A stretch of DNA of 64,000 bases from an uncultured Actinomycetota bacterium (GTDB lineage Bacteria; Actinomycetota; Humimicrobiia; Humimicrobiales; Humimicrobiaceae): NCBI GenBank assembly GCA_964415365.1, contig CAYPYW010000004.1, positions 23,658 through 87,657 on the forward strand. The letters are read 5' to 3'. Of this stretch, positions 30,123 to 38,643 are shown piece by piece. Below the pieces are notes generated by a model that saw nothing but the letters and a program-made list of their open reading frames with translations, made no database searches and had not been told where the DNA came from. Both the position numbers and the translations under genes were made by a program. Within the stretch, counting starts at the first letter, position 1. Each line of letters opens with the position of its first letter.

Positions 30123-31349
30123 ATGTCAGTATATAATTATACAGTCAGAGATTCAAAAGGCGAAGCGATAGAAGGTTCTATTGATGCTGATACCCAGGAT
30201 TTGGTCGTATCCAAATTAAAGGATATGGGTTATTTTATTATTAATATCGATAAACTTAAAGAAGAAAAAGTCAAACTTAAAAATAGAACAATAAGTTTTA
30301 GCATTTTTAACCGTGTCAGAATCAGAGATCTTGTTGTTTTTACCAGACAATTTGCAACTTTAATTTCTTCGGGGATGTCTCTGCTGGAATCTCTTATAGT
30401 TCTGGAGAGGCAAACTCCAAACCCAAAATTCAAGACTATAATTTCCGAGGTAAGGATGCATGTGGAATCGGGTCACTCTCTTTCGGAGTCAATGGAAAGA
30501 TATTCCAATGTTTTTAATAGATTGTATGTAAGTTTAATAAGAGCTGGTGAGGCAGGAGGAGTACTGGATAAAACCATGAACGACCTCGCTGATTTTCTGG
30601 AAAATGAAGAAGAAATTAAATTGAAGGTAAGAAATAAGACCGCCTATCCAAAGTTCGTCCTTGCCTTTGCAGTAATAATATCCCTGGTAATAATAATATT
30701 TCTGGTTCCCACTTTTCAAGGCATATATGATGAGTTAGGAGCAGAACTGCCAATGATTACTCAGGTAATAATATCTATAGGAAATCTGTTCAAGAAATTT
30801 TATTTTTACATTATTTTAGCCGTGGTAGTATTCGGCGGAAGATATCTATTTAGAAAATTTGTAAGAAGTCCCAGGGGGAGATATCTTATGGACAGACTGA
30901 AGTTAAATATTCCTAAATTCGGAGATCTTTTTAGAAAAATGTCTTTATCAAGATTTAGTAGACATTTTGGAATATTGCTGACTACCGGAGTTCCTATATT
31001 AAATTCCCTGGAGATTGCGAAAGGGGTTGCCGATAATATACTAATTGATAATGCGCTCGAGAAAATCAGAAAAGGAATAAGAGAAGGGGAGAATATTTCT
31101 GATCCGATGTCCAGTATGGAAGTGTTTCCTCCTATGATGGTACAGATGATGGCAGTTGGGGAGAAAACCGGTACACTTGATGAAATAGCTTCCAAGATTG
31201 CTGATTTTTACGAGAAGGAAGTGTCAAATACCATAGATATATTAGTCACCATACTGGAACCTGTAATGCTTTTATTTGTTGCTTTATTTATTGGTATAAT
31301 TGTAATCTCAATGTATCTTCCAATGTTTAATATATATCAGAATATGTAA
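30123..31349 (+). CDS. pilC: Type IV pilus inner-membrane platform protein PilC (GspF family)
   Basis: FTRQFATLISSG, AGEAGGVL, TAYP, VGEKTGTL, LEP..., MYLPMF. Confidence 0.94.
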   Translation: MSVYNYTVRDSKGEAIEGSIDADTQDLVVSKLKDMGYFIINIDKLKEEKVKLKNRTISFSIFNRVRIRDLVVFTRQFATLISSGMSLLESLIVLERQTPNPKFKTIISEVRMHVESGHSLSESMERYSNVFNRLYVSLIRAGEAGGVLDKTMNDLADFLENEEEIKLKVRNKTAYPKFVLAFAVIISLVIIIFLVPTFQGIYDELGAELPMITQVIISIGNLFKKFYFYIILAVVVFGGRYLFRKFVRSPRGRYLMDRLKLNIPKFGDLFRKMSLSRFSRHFGILLTTGVPILNSLEIAKGVADNILIDNALEKIRKGIREGENISDPMSSMEVFPPMMVQMMAVGEKTGTLDEIASKIADFYEKEVSNTIDILVTILEPVMLLFVALFIGIIVISMYLPMFNIYQNM

Positions 31350-31383
31350 TTTAAAACAGAAAGATATTTTTACTATTTTAATT

Positions 31384-32175
31384 ATGAATGAGCCAGAATA
31401 TAAAGACTACGATATAATAAAATTGAGAGGTCTGCCAGTAAAAGAGCTTATTGGAATTTATAAAAATTGCAATAGCTCAGCGATATTAAATTTAATAGTT
31501 AAAAAGACCGAGAGACTCGCCTATAAAATTGCTGGAGGATTCCGGAATAATGGATGGGAGAAAAAAGATATACAACAAGTTGCTTTTACCGGACTTGTGA
31601 TAGCAATAAACAGATTTAATCCTGAAAAGAACCACAAGTTTTCTACTTTTGCTGTTCATTATATAAAAGGTGAGATATTACATTTTATCAGAGACAGCAA
31701 GTTAGTAAAAATTCCCCGATGGTTATGGGGATTGAATAAATTATTCAGTAATTTTGTAAAGAATTTTGAAGCCAATAACAACAGATATCCCACAATAGAA
31801 GAAATATCAGCAGGCATTAATATTTCAATAGAAGGTATTAACGAGTTTTTGAAAGCAAGAGAGGCAGCTTTTTATAATTTCAGGCCAATCAGAGAAGATG
31901 GAAATGAAGACACAAGTGATGACCACAAATATGACAAAAGTTTGATTAAATCAAAGGAATGTAAGAGTTTTGACCTTGTGACAGAGGATAAAATTTTATT
32001 ATGGGATGCCATAGATAAACTTTGTAACTTGAATAAGAAAATATTGATTTTAAGCTATTTTTTAGGTTTCAGCCAGAAAGAGATAGGTGAAAAAATCGGA
32101 ATCTCACAGAGGTCTGTGTCCAGAAATTTAGAAGAGAGCATAAAAATATTAAAAGGTTACTACGTAAACGGTTAA
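31384..32175 (+). CDS. Group 3 alternative sigma factor, SigB/SigF-like
   Basis: Region 2: DIQQVAFTGLVIAINRFNP..KFSTFAVHYIKGEILHFIRD..VKIPRW. Region 3: PTIEEIS. Region 4 HTH: SQKEIGEKIGISQRSVSR. Confidence 0.88.
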   Translation: MNEPEYKDYDIIKLRGLPVKELIGIYKNCNSSAILNLIVKKTERLAYKIAGGFRNNGWEKKDIQQVAFTGLVIAINRFNPEKNHKFSTFAVHYIKGEILHFIRDSKLVKIPRWLWGLNKLFSNFVKNFEANNNRYPTIEEISAGINISIEGINEFLKAREAAFYNFRPIREDGNEDTSDDHKYDKSLIKSKECKSFDLVTEDKILLWDAIDKLCNLNKKILILSYFLGFSQKEIGEKIGISQRSVSRNLEESIKILKGYYVNG

Positions 32176-32398
32176 GAAATCTCCTGCAAAATATTTTTTT
32201 CTTTGCTGCCATATTAAATCCTAATAACTATTATAAATTGGTGATAATTGTTGAAATATAACTATTTATAATTTAAGTAGAAATGTATTTTAGCATTTTT
32301 AAGATATTTATAATTTATTATTGTAATTTATAATAAATTGTTATAAACTTACTTTGCAATATAAGTATTAATAATTAAAAAGAAAATAATAAATATAT

Positions 32399-32423
32399 GT
32401 CTAAGATTTTTAATTATGGGTAT
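32399..32423 (+). promoter_or_regulatory. SigB-type promoter candidate upstream of the major pilin
   Basis: GTCTAA (32399-404), N13, GGGTAT (32418-423). One mismatch to the Bacillus SigB consensus GTTTAA-N12-14-GGGTAT; 57 nt upstream of the pilin ATG. Confidence 0.55.
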
Positions 32424-32480
32424 AATAATATAATGTACAATAATAAAATTTAAATTTTTGTTAAATAAAGGAGGTAAAAG

Positions 32481-32882
32481 ATGAAGTGGCTATATAGAAA
32501 TCTATATAGAAAGGAAAAAGGTTTTACACTGGTAGAACTCATGGTAGTAATAATCATACTAGCAGTTCTGACAGGTATAGCCATTCCGAGTTACATGGCA
32601 CTACGAAACAGAGCCAGAACAGCTGCAGCACAGAGTGAGATGAAAAACATAGCTACTGCACTGGAAATATACCAGTCGGATCTAGAAGCTTACCCATTAA
32701 CAGCTGCTTATCCTGCTGCCTTGCAACCTGATTACATGGCTACAGTACCAGTCAATGATCCATGGGCTGTAGCATATGTTTATGCATCAGATGGTACGAC
32801 TTATACATTAACATGTTATGGTCCAGATGGGGCAGCTGCTGGAGGTGATGACATAGTAATAATAGATGGACAGCTGCAGTAA
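32481..32882 (+). CDS. pilA: Major type IV pilin (class III signal peptide; GspG-like C-terminus)
   Basis: Leader MKWLYRNLYRKEKG|FTLVELMVV with E5; DPW..Y.Y and GPDG...DDI motifs. Strong RBS AAGGAGGT, its own promoter candidate and a terminator. Confidence 0.88.
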   Translation: MKWLYRNLYRKEKGFTLVELMVVIIILAVLTGIAIPSYMALRNRARTAAAQSEMKNIATALEIYQSDLEAYPLTAAYPAALQPDYMATVPVNDPWAVAYVYASDGTTYTLTCYGPDGAAAGGDDIVIIDGQLQ

Positions 32883-32928
32883 GAAGAGTAAAAGTTATGT
32901 AGCGGGGTAATTATAGAATTATTAAGTC

Positions 32929-32963
32929 ATAATAAGGGGTAGTTAGAATCTACCCCTTATTAT
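32929..32963 (+). terminator. Intrinsic terminator hairpin after the pilin gene
   Basis: Perfect 14-bp inverted repeat ATAATAAGGGGTAG / CTACCCCTTATTAT with a 7-nt loop, 46 nt after the pilin stop, followed by A/T-rich sequence. Confidence 0.8.
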
Positions 32964-32983
32964 TATAATTAGTTTCTTATTTT

Positions 32984-33012
32984 TTGACTAATAGAAATAA
33001 CCGTGCTATTAT
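32984..33012 (+). promoter_or_regulatory. Sigma70-type promoter for pilD-pilMNOP-aroCKB
   Basis: TTGACT (32984-89), N17, TATTAT (33007-12) with an extended TG at 33004-05, just downstream of the pilin terminator. Confidence 0.65.
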
Positions 33013-33185
33013 TCAAAAATATAAATATTTATTTACACACATATATTATTAGAATAATAGAAATATATCTGTAATAAATATTTTTAGAATTATTATTCAA
33101 TTATAATAAATATAGCAATATAATATAGAAAAGATTTTAACAATTATAAAAGAATAAAAATAGCAGCAAATAAGTAACAATTAAA

Positions 33186-33947
33186 ATGGAAATAATTAAA
33201 GTAGCCTTTTATATAATATTTTTTATTTTCGGTTTGGCTGTAGGTAGCTTTTTAGGTGTTGTTGCATATAGGCTGCCCCGGAAATTGTCCATTGTAAAAC
33301 CGGCATCTTTTTGTGCTGATTGCAAGAGAAAAATTCCTTTCTACGATAATATTCCACTGCTGTCTTTTATTATACTTAAAGGAAGATGCCGGTATTGTAA
33401 AAATAAAATTCCAGTAACAAATCTTCTAATAGAGATAATAACCGGAATACTGTTCACAGCCAATTATATTCTATTTGGATTAACTGTAAGAACCCTTGTC
33501 GGTATAATCTTATGCAGCGTGCTTATTGTGATATCCTTTATTGATATTGAGTTTAAAATAATTCCCAATGTAATAGTGCTGCCATTTGCCCTGGTAGGAC
33601 TTATTACAAATATCGTATTTGATTTAAGGAACTGGTGGATGCCTTTGGCATTCAGTGTGGGCGCTTTTCTATTTATGCTTATAATTCATTTAATATACCC
33701 AAGAGGTATGGGAATGGGTGACATAAAATTGAGTCTGATGATAGGGGCATTTCTGGTAAAAAACGTAATAGCAGCCTTATTCCTTGGGTTTTTAGCCGGT
33801 TCAATATATGGTTTGTCTTTGCTTGCTTTAAAAGGAAGAAAATTGAAGCAGGCAATACCATTCGGGCCCTTTATATCCCTGGGAAGTGTTATATCTTTAT
33901 TTTGGGGTGATAATATCTTAAAATGGTATATAAATTTTCTTAGATAA
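33186..33947 (+). CDS. pilD: Prepilin peptidase PilD (A24 family)
   Basis: GSFL.VV.YRLP, Zn motifs CADC and CRYC, DIEFKIIPN, GMGDIKL, IPFGPFI. Confidence 0.93.
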   Translation: MEIIKVAFYIIFFIFGLAVGSFLGVVAYRLPRKLSIVKPASFCADCKRKIPFYDNIPLLSFIILKGRCRYCKNKIPVTNLLIEIITGILFTANYILFGLTVRTLVGIILCSVLIVISFIDIEFKIIPNVIVLPFALVGLITNIVFDLRNWWMPLAFSVGAFLFMLIIHLIYPRGMGMGDIKLSLMIGAFLVKNVIAALFLGFLAGSIYGLSLLALKGRKLKQAIPFGPFISLGSVISLFWGDNILKWYINFLR

Positions 33948-33953
33948 AAGAGA

Positions 33954-35129
33954 GTGATTAAGATGCTGACAGTCGGATTAAATTTAAGTTCCTACAGGAT
34001 ATATGTTGCTGAACTGTTAAAATCAGGAAAGAATCTTACTATAAGAAAAATGGTAAGGTCCGAAGTACCGTCTAATTCTATTGTAAGAGGAGAAATACAG
34101 GATTCAGAGCTTTTGGCCAAAAACTTAAAGGATATCTGGAAGAAATATAAGATTTCCGATAGAAAAGTGTTTATTGGGATTTCCAACCAAAAGGTGATTG
34201 CAAAAGAAATAAAGATACCAGTTATAGAAGACGAAGAAATAAGCAATTCTATCAAATATCAGATCAATGATTTTATTCCCATACCTAAAAATAATATTAT
34301 TTATGATTATTATGTTGTGGAAAAAGGAGAAAACTTTTCAAAACTGATGCTTGTAGGTGCGATGAAGAGTATGATTGATGATGTAGTTAAAAGCTTTAAA
34401 AGCGCCGGGCTTATTGCCCAGGCAATTGATCTGAATTGTTTTTCTCTTTATAGAACTGTAGATTATATCTATAATATTGATAAAAATGCAAAAAATAAAA
34501 AATCAGGTACTTTTTGTGTAGTGAACCTTGGGTGTGAAATGTCCATTATTGAGATGATCCAGGACAATAACCTAAAATATCCAAGATTTACATCTACTTC
34601 TATAAAGAGTTTTATTGACGGAATTTATAAAGAAGTAAAAAAAGATAATAAGTATTGTGAGGAAACAATCTCTAAATTTGATTTTAAATCTTTACTCATT
34701 AAGAAGAGCGATAGTGGTGAGAAAACTAGAAAAGAAGAGAGTAAAGATCCGCCAGCTAAATCCGGGGAAAAAGAGGATAAAAAAATAGATAAGGATGATG
34801 CCAAAAGTACTGCCAGCACCGTGGACTTAGTTAAAGTTATGAAAGATACTGCTGATCATTTAGTAGGGGAGATTAAATTGTCAATAGAGCACTTTTTACA
34901 GGAGAATCCAAAATATAAAGTTGGTAAAATAATTTTAACCGGTGAATATATTAAAGATATTGATAAATATATAGAGCAGGAAGTAGGTTATAAGGTTGAG
35001 TTATTAAATATGGCCGATTATTTTTCATTAAAATACCTAAAAAGGAATCCGGAATATAAAGGCAAGGATTTAAATTATCTGCTGGATCCTCTGGCCATAG
35101 GTATGGCATTACGGGGTCTGAATAAATGA
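33954..35129 (+). CDS. pilM: Type IV pilus alignment protein PilM (degenerate nucleotide-binding motifs)
   Basis: Actin-like fold pattern (GEIQD..L, IPIP...IYDY, AGL...AIDL, ALGMALRG-like end); overlaps the start of pilN. Confidence 0.8.
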   Translation: MIKMLTVGLNLSSYRIYVAELLKSGKNLTIRKMVRSEVPSNSIVRGEIQDSELLAKNLKDIWKKYKISDRKVFIGISNQKVIAKEIKIPVIEDEEISNSIKYQINDFIPIPKNNIIYDYYVVEKGENFSKLMLVGAMKSMIDDVVKSFKSAGLIAQAIDLNCFSLYRTVDYIYNIDKNAKNKKSGTFCVVNLGCEMSIIEMIQDNNLKYPRFTSTSIKSFIDGIYKEVKKDNKYCEETISKFDFKSLLIKKSDSGEKTRKEESKDPPAKSGEKEDKKIDKDDAKSTASTVDLVKVMKDTADHLVGEIKLSIEHFLQENPKYKVGKIILTGEYIKDIDKYIEQEVGYKVELLNMADYFSLKYLKRNPEYKGKDLNYLLDPLAIGMALRGLNK

Positions 35130-35836
35130 AGACTATAAATCTTCTTCCTAAAGAAGAAAAAATAAGAGATATCAAGGGTATAGTATTCAATGTAATATTA
35201 GCACTACTGGTGATAGTGCTTGTTGTGTTAATTGTCCTTTCGGTATTTTTGTTTAATATTAATAACTATCTTACGCCAAAGTTGGATGATTATAGAAGGG
35301 TAAATATGCAGATTAATAATTATGTAACTAAATTAGAAACTTATAATGAGTTCAAGAAAAAAGTAAACGCCAAAGCTGAACTCATAGACTCTTTACAGAA
35401 AGAGGAGATATTATGGTCAGAAGTTCTGATTGATTTCGGAGAAAGGATACCTGGTGATGCCTATGTTAATTATATAGAGGGAAGCAGCGAGCCTTTTTAT
35501 AAATTTATTTCCACAACTCTGGAAGAAAACAATGATCAGGCAGAGATCAAAAAAATATTGTTTTTCACTATCGGGGGATATGCGGCTGATTATACTGATA
35601 TAACAAAATTGATTGTGGAGATAAGGAATATGCCAGACATTGGTGAGGTGTGGATAAATAATATCAGCAAGAGTTACATTACGGAACCAAATATAGAGGC
35701 ACTATCCTTTAACATAAGTGCATATCTGGATATAGAGCCTTATCTGGAAGAAATGAAGGCAGAGAAGGGAACACAAACAGAGAAAACATCAGAAGAAGAT
35801 GAATTGGATACGGAGTTACAATCATTAAGTAAATAG
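35126..35836 (+). CDS. pilN: PilN-like alignment protein
   Basis: N-terminal INLLP motif, one TM helix, coiled coil; follows pilM. Confidence 0.82.
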   Translation: MKTINLLPKEEKIRDIKGIVFNVILALLVIVLVVLIVLSVFLFNINNYLTPKLDDYRRVNMQINNYVTKLETYNEFKKKVNAKAELIDSLQKEEILWSEVLIDFGERIPGDAYVNYIEGSSEPFYKFISTTLEENNDQAEIKKILFFTIGGYAADYTDITKLIVEIRNMPDIGEVWINNISKSYITEPNIEALSFNISAYLDIEPYLEEMKAEKGTQTEKTSEEDELDTELQSLSK

Positions 35837-35860
35837 TAAAGGTTATTTTTTTATTTAATT

Positions 35861-36403
35861 ATGAGCAGCAAAGTTAAGATAATTTTTATAGTAGCAATTT
35901 TTTTGATAAGTGTTTTACTGGTTGTTTTATTTATTATTCCTAATTTGTCTACCAGTATTAAAGCCAATACCGCTATAGAAAAAGAAAGGGAAAATAATAA
36001 AGCGTTTAATGAAACATTGAAGGAACTATTGTTGCTAAGGGACGAATACTATTCACTAAATGCTGAATACCAGAAATATTCCTTACAGCTTCCATCGGAA
36101 AATGATATAAGTGTTTTCACCAATGAAATTTATGATATCGCAAAGTATTCAGATGTGGCTATTTACTCAATTGATTATTCGGAAAAGTCTTCTGCCGCTG
36201 ACGAAAAGGAGAAAGAACCAGAAAGAACTATAATTGAGGCAGATCTAATACTCACGGGTTCCTATTATAATATAATTAACTTTATTAAAACAATGGAGAG
36301 AATGCCCAGGATAGTAACAATCGAAGATATAATAATACAATCTACAGAAAGCGAGTATGCGAATTTAAGTGCTTATATTACTGCTCAGTTATATTATGAG
36401 TAA
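35861..36403 (+). CDS. pilO: PilO-like alignment protein
   Basis: One N-terminal TM helix, coiled coil, QLPSE, GSYYNIINFI..MERMPRIVTI. Confidence 0.8.
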   Translation: MSSKVKIIFIVAIFLISVLLVVLFIIPNLSTSIKANTAIEKERENNKAFNETLKELLLLRDEYYSLNAEYQKYSLQLPSENDISVFTNEIYDIAKYSDVAIYSIDYSEKSSAADEKEKEPERTIIEADLILTGSYYNIINFIKTMERMPRIVTIEDIIIQSTESEYANLSAYITAQLYYE

Positions 36404-36936
36404 TGAATATGAATAATAATATTAATAATAAAAAGACAAAAAGACTAACAGTGGTTTTTATAACTGCCGTTGTTATATCTTGCCTGGCTATGATTCCTTA
36501 TATTTCCGGGTGTTCTGTCTATAATATTATAAAGGAATCATATACGGAAGAGGAAGAATCCCTGGAATTACCGGAAGTTGAGATAGATGAAGAGGAAATT
36601 AAAGAGATTGGTAAAAGTGATACAGATATAAAGAAGAGTTATGATATAGAAGGTGAGATCAATCTGGTGGATGAATCAATCAGGGATCCGTTCAGGCCAT
36701 TTTATATCCAGGATGAAGAAGAAGAGGAAAAGAATGTCCTCAAATTGGAGAGAATCTACAGTAAAGATGGTGTGGAGTATGCGGAGATAAATCTTAATGA
36801 TTATACTTATAAGCTAAAAGAGGAGGATCCTCTTTCGGACACTTATTTAGTTCAGGCAATAAATGTTAATTCGGTGGTGTTATTAAAAGGTGACGATATA
36901 TTAACGTTATTTATTGATGAAGTAAAATATGACTAA
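36403..36936 (+). CDS. PilP-like lipoprotein
   Basis: Signal peptide with lipobox ISGC, acidic linker, RDPFRPF motif, short beta-rich C-terminal domain; occupies the pilP position after pilO. Confidence 0.55.
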   Translation: MNMNNNINNKKTKRLTVVFITAVVISCLAMIPYISGCSVYNIIKESYTEEEESLELPEVEIDEEEIKEIGKSDTDIKKSYDIEGEINLVDESIRDPFRPFYIQDEEEEEKNVLKLERIYSKDGVEYAEINLNDYTYKLKEEDPLSDTYLVQAINVNSVVLLKGDDILTLFIDEVKYD

Positions 36937-36951
36937 AAAAGGATGTAATAT

Positions 36952-38118
36952 TTGAGATTTTTAACTGCCGGCGAATCTCATGGTAAAAGCCTTGTTGGAA
37001 TCATAGAGGACTATCCTTCTGGAGTTTTAATAGACGTGGATTTTTTAAACCGTGAACTTTCCAGGAGGCAGAGAGGTTTTGGCAGGGGGAAAAGAATGTC
37101 CATAGAGAAAGATAGCGTTGAGATAATTTCCGGTATTAGAAAGGGTAAAAGCATAGGTTCGCCAATTTCTTTTATTATTAAAAATAAAGACTGGAATAAT
37201 TGGAAAGAGATAATGGACATTAGTATTGCAACTCACAGTGATATGAATCCGGAAAAGAAATTATTGAACCCAAGACCGGGTCACGCGGATCTGCCAGGTT
37301 TTCTAAAATATAGACTGGATAATATCAGAGATGTAATAGAGAGAAGTAGTGCCAGGGAAACCGCAGTAAGAACCTGTATAGGTGGATTAGCTAAAATTGT
37401 ATTAAAAACACTGGGAATAAATATATTTAGTTATGTAAGTCAGATTGGGAAAGTAATTTTTAGTAAAAGTATAGAAATAAACGATAATACGCTAAAGGAA
37501 ATTGAAAAGTCCGAAGTGAGATGTCCGGATAAAACTATAAGCTCTCAAATGAAGGAAGAAATAACCAGGGTCAAAAAACTTGGGGATAGTGTAGGAGGCA
37601 AGTTTAGAGTCATTGCAACTGGAGTACCTCCTGGCCTGGGCTCATATAGCCAGTGGGATAGGAGAATTGATGGCAGGATAGCAAAATCGTTTATGAGTAT
37701 TCCTGCTATAAAGGCCGTTGAAATCGGTGATGGCTTTAGTGCGTCTGATAAAACCGGTACCAACTTTCATGACGAGATCTACTATAAGAATAGTATTGGA
37801 TTTTATAGAAAGACCAACAGGGCAGGGGGAATAGAAGGTGGGGTTACTAATGGAGAACCTATTGTAGTTGGGGCCTGGATGAAACCTATACCCACTACTG
37901 TCAAAGGTCTACATACTATAAATATTGAGACCAAAAAAAGTGAAACAAGCCTGAAAGAAAGGTCGGATGTGTGTGCAGTGCCCAGTGCGTCCATAATTGG
38001 CGAGGCAATGTTGTCTATAGAAGTTTTAAATTCTATTCAGGAAAAATTTGGAAGAGATAATATAGATGAAATTTTGGAAAATTATAATGGTTACAGAAAG
38101 TATCTTGAAAAAGTCTAG
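36952..38118 (+). CDS. aroC: Chorismate synthase
   Basis: TAGESHG, RRQRGFGRG.R, PRPGHAD, ERSSARETA, NRAGGIEGGVTNG, ERSDVCAVP. Confidence 0.97.
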   Translation: MRFLTAGESHGKSLVGIIEDYPSGVLIDVDFLNRELSRRQRGFGRGKRMSIEKDSVEIISGIRKGKSIGSPISFIIKNKDWNNWKEIMDISIATHSDMNPEKKLLNPRPGHADLPGFLKYRLDNIRDVIERSSARETAVRTCIGGLAKIVLKTLGINIFSYVSQIGKVIFSKSIEINDNTLKEIEKSEVRCPDKTISSQMKEEITRVKKLGDSVGGKFRVIATGVPPGLGSYSQWDRRIDGRIAKSFMSIPAIKAVEIGDGFSASDKTGTNFHDEIYYKNSIGFYRKTNRAGGIEGGVTNGEPIVVGAWMKPIPTTVKGLHTINIETKKSETSLKERSDVCAVPSASIIGEAMLSIEVLNSIQEKFGRDNIDEILENYNGYRKYLEKV

Positions 38119-38124
38119 CATTAT

Positions 38125-38643
38125 ATGGATTTTAAAAACATATCTCTTATAGGTTTTATGGGCTCTGGCAAGAGTACAATAGGGAAAATTCTGGCAAAAA
38201 AACTGGGGCTACTGTTTATTGACTTGGATAGAGTAATTGAATTAGATCAGGAAAAAGAAGTCAGTGATATTTTTAAAATACATGGCGAGGAACATTTTAG
38301 AGAATTAGAAACTAAGGTTATTAAAAAGATATATAAAAATAAAAATTGTGTTTTTGCCTGTGGGGGCGGTGTAGTAAAAAGAAAAGAAAATATGTGTATA
38401 ATCAGGAGGAATAGCGTAGTCGTATATTTGAAAATATCTGGCCAGAACGCATTCGAGCGTCTTAAAGATGTCAGAGATAGACCGCTTGTTGATGTGAAGA
38501 ATAAAAAAGAAACTATAGAAAAAATGATCAAAGAAAGAGATATTTTGTACAAGAAATATGCTCACATAACTATAGATAATGATAATAATGATCCTGAGCA
38601 AATTTCAGATCAGATATTGGCCAGGCTTAAATTACAAAAATAG
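38125..38643 (+). CDS. aroK: Shikimate kinase
   Basis: GFMGSGKST, DLD, GEEHFRELE, GGG, RPL. Confidence 0.95.
   Translation: MDFKNISLIGFMGSGKSTIGKILAKKLGLLFIDLDRVIELDQEKEVSDIFKIHGEEHFRELETKVIKKIYKNKNCVFACGGGVVKRKENMCIIRRNSVVVYLKISGQNAFERLKDVRDRPLVDVKNKKETIEKMIKERDILYKKYAHITIDNDNNDPEQISDQILARLKLQK

Noticed and set aside
32886-32910. GAGTAA-N13-GGGTAA just after the pilin stop
   Set aside because: The -35 match is weak (4/6) and it points straight into the terminator hairpin.
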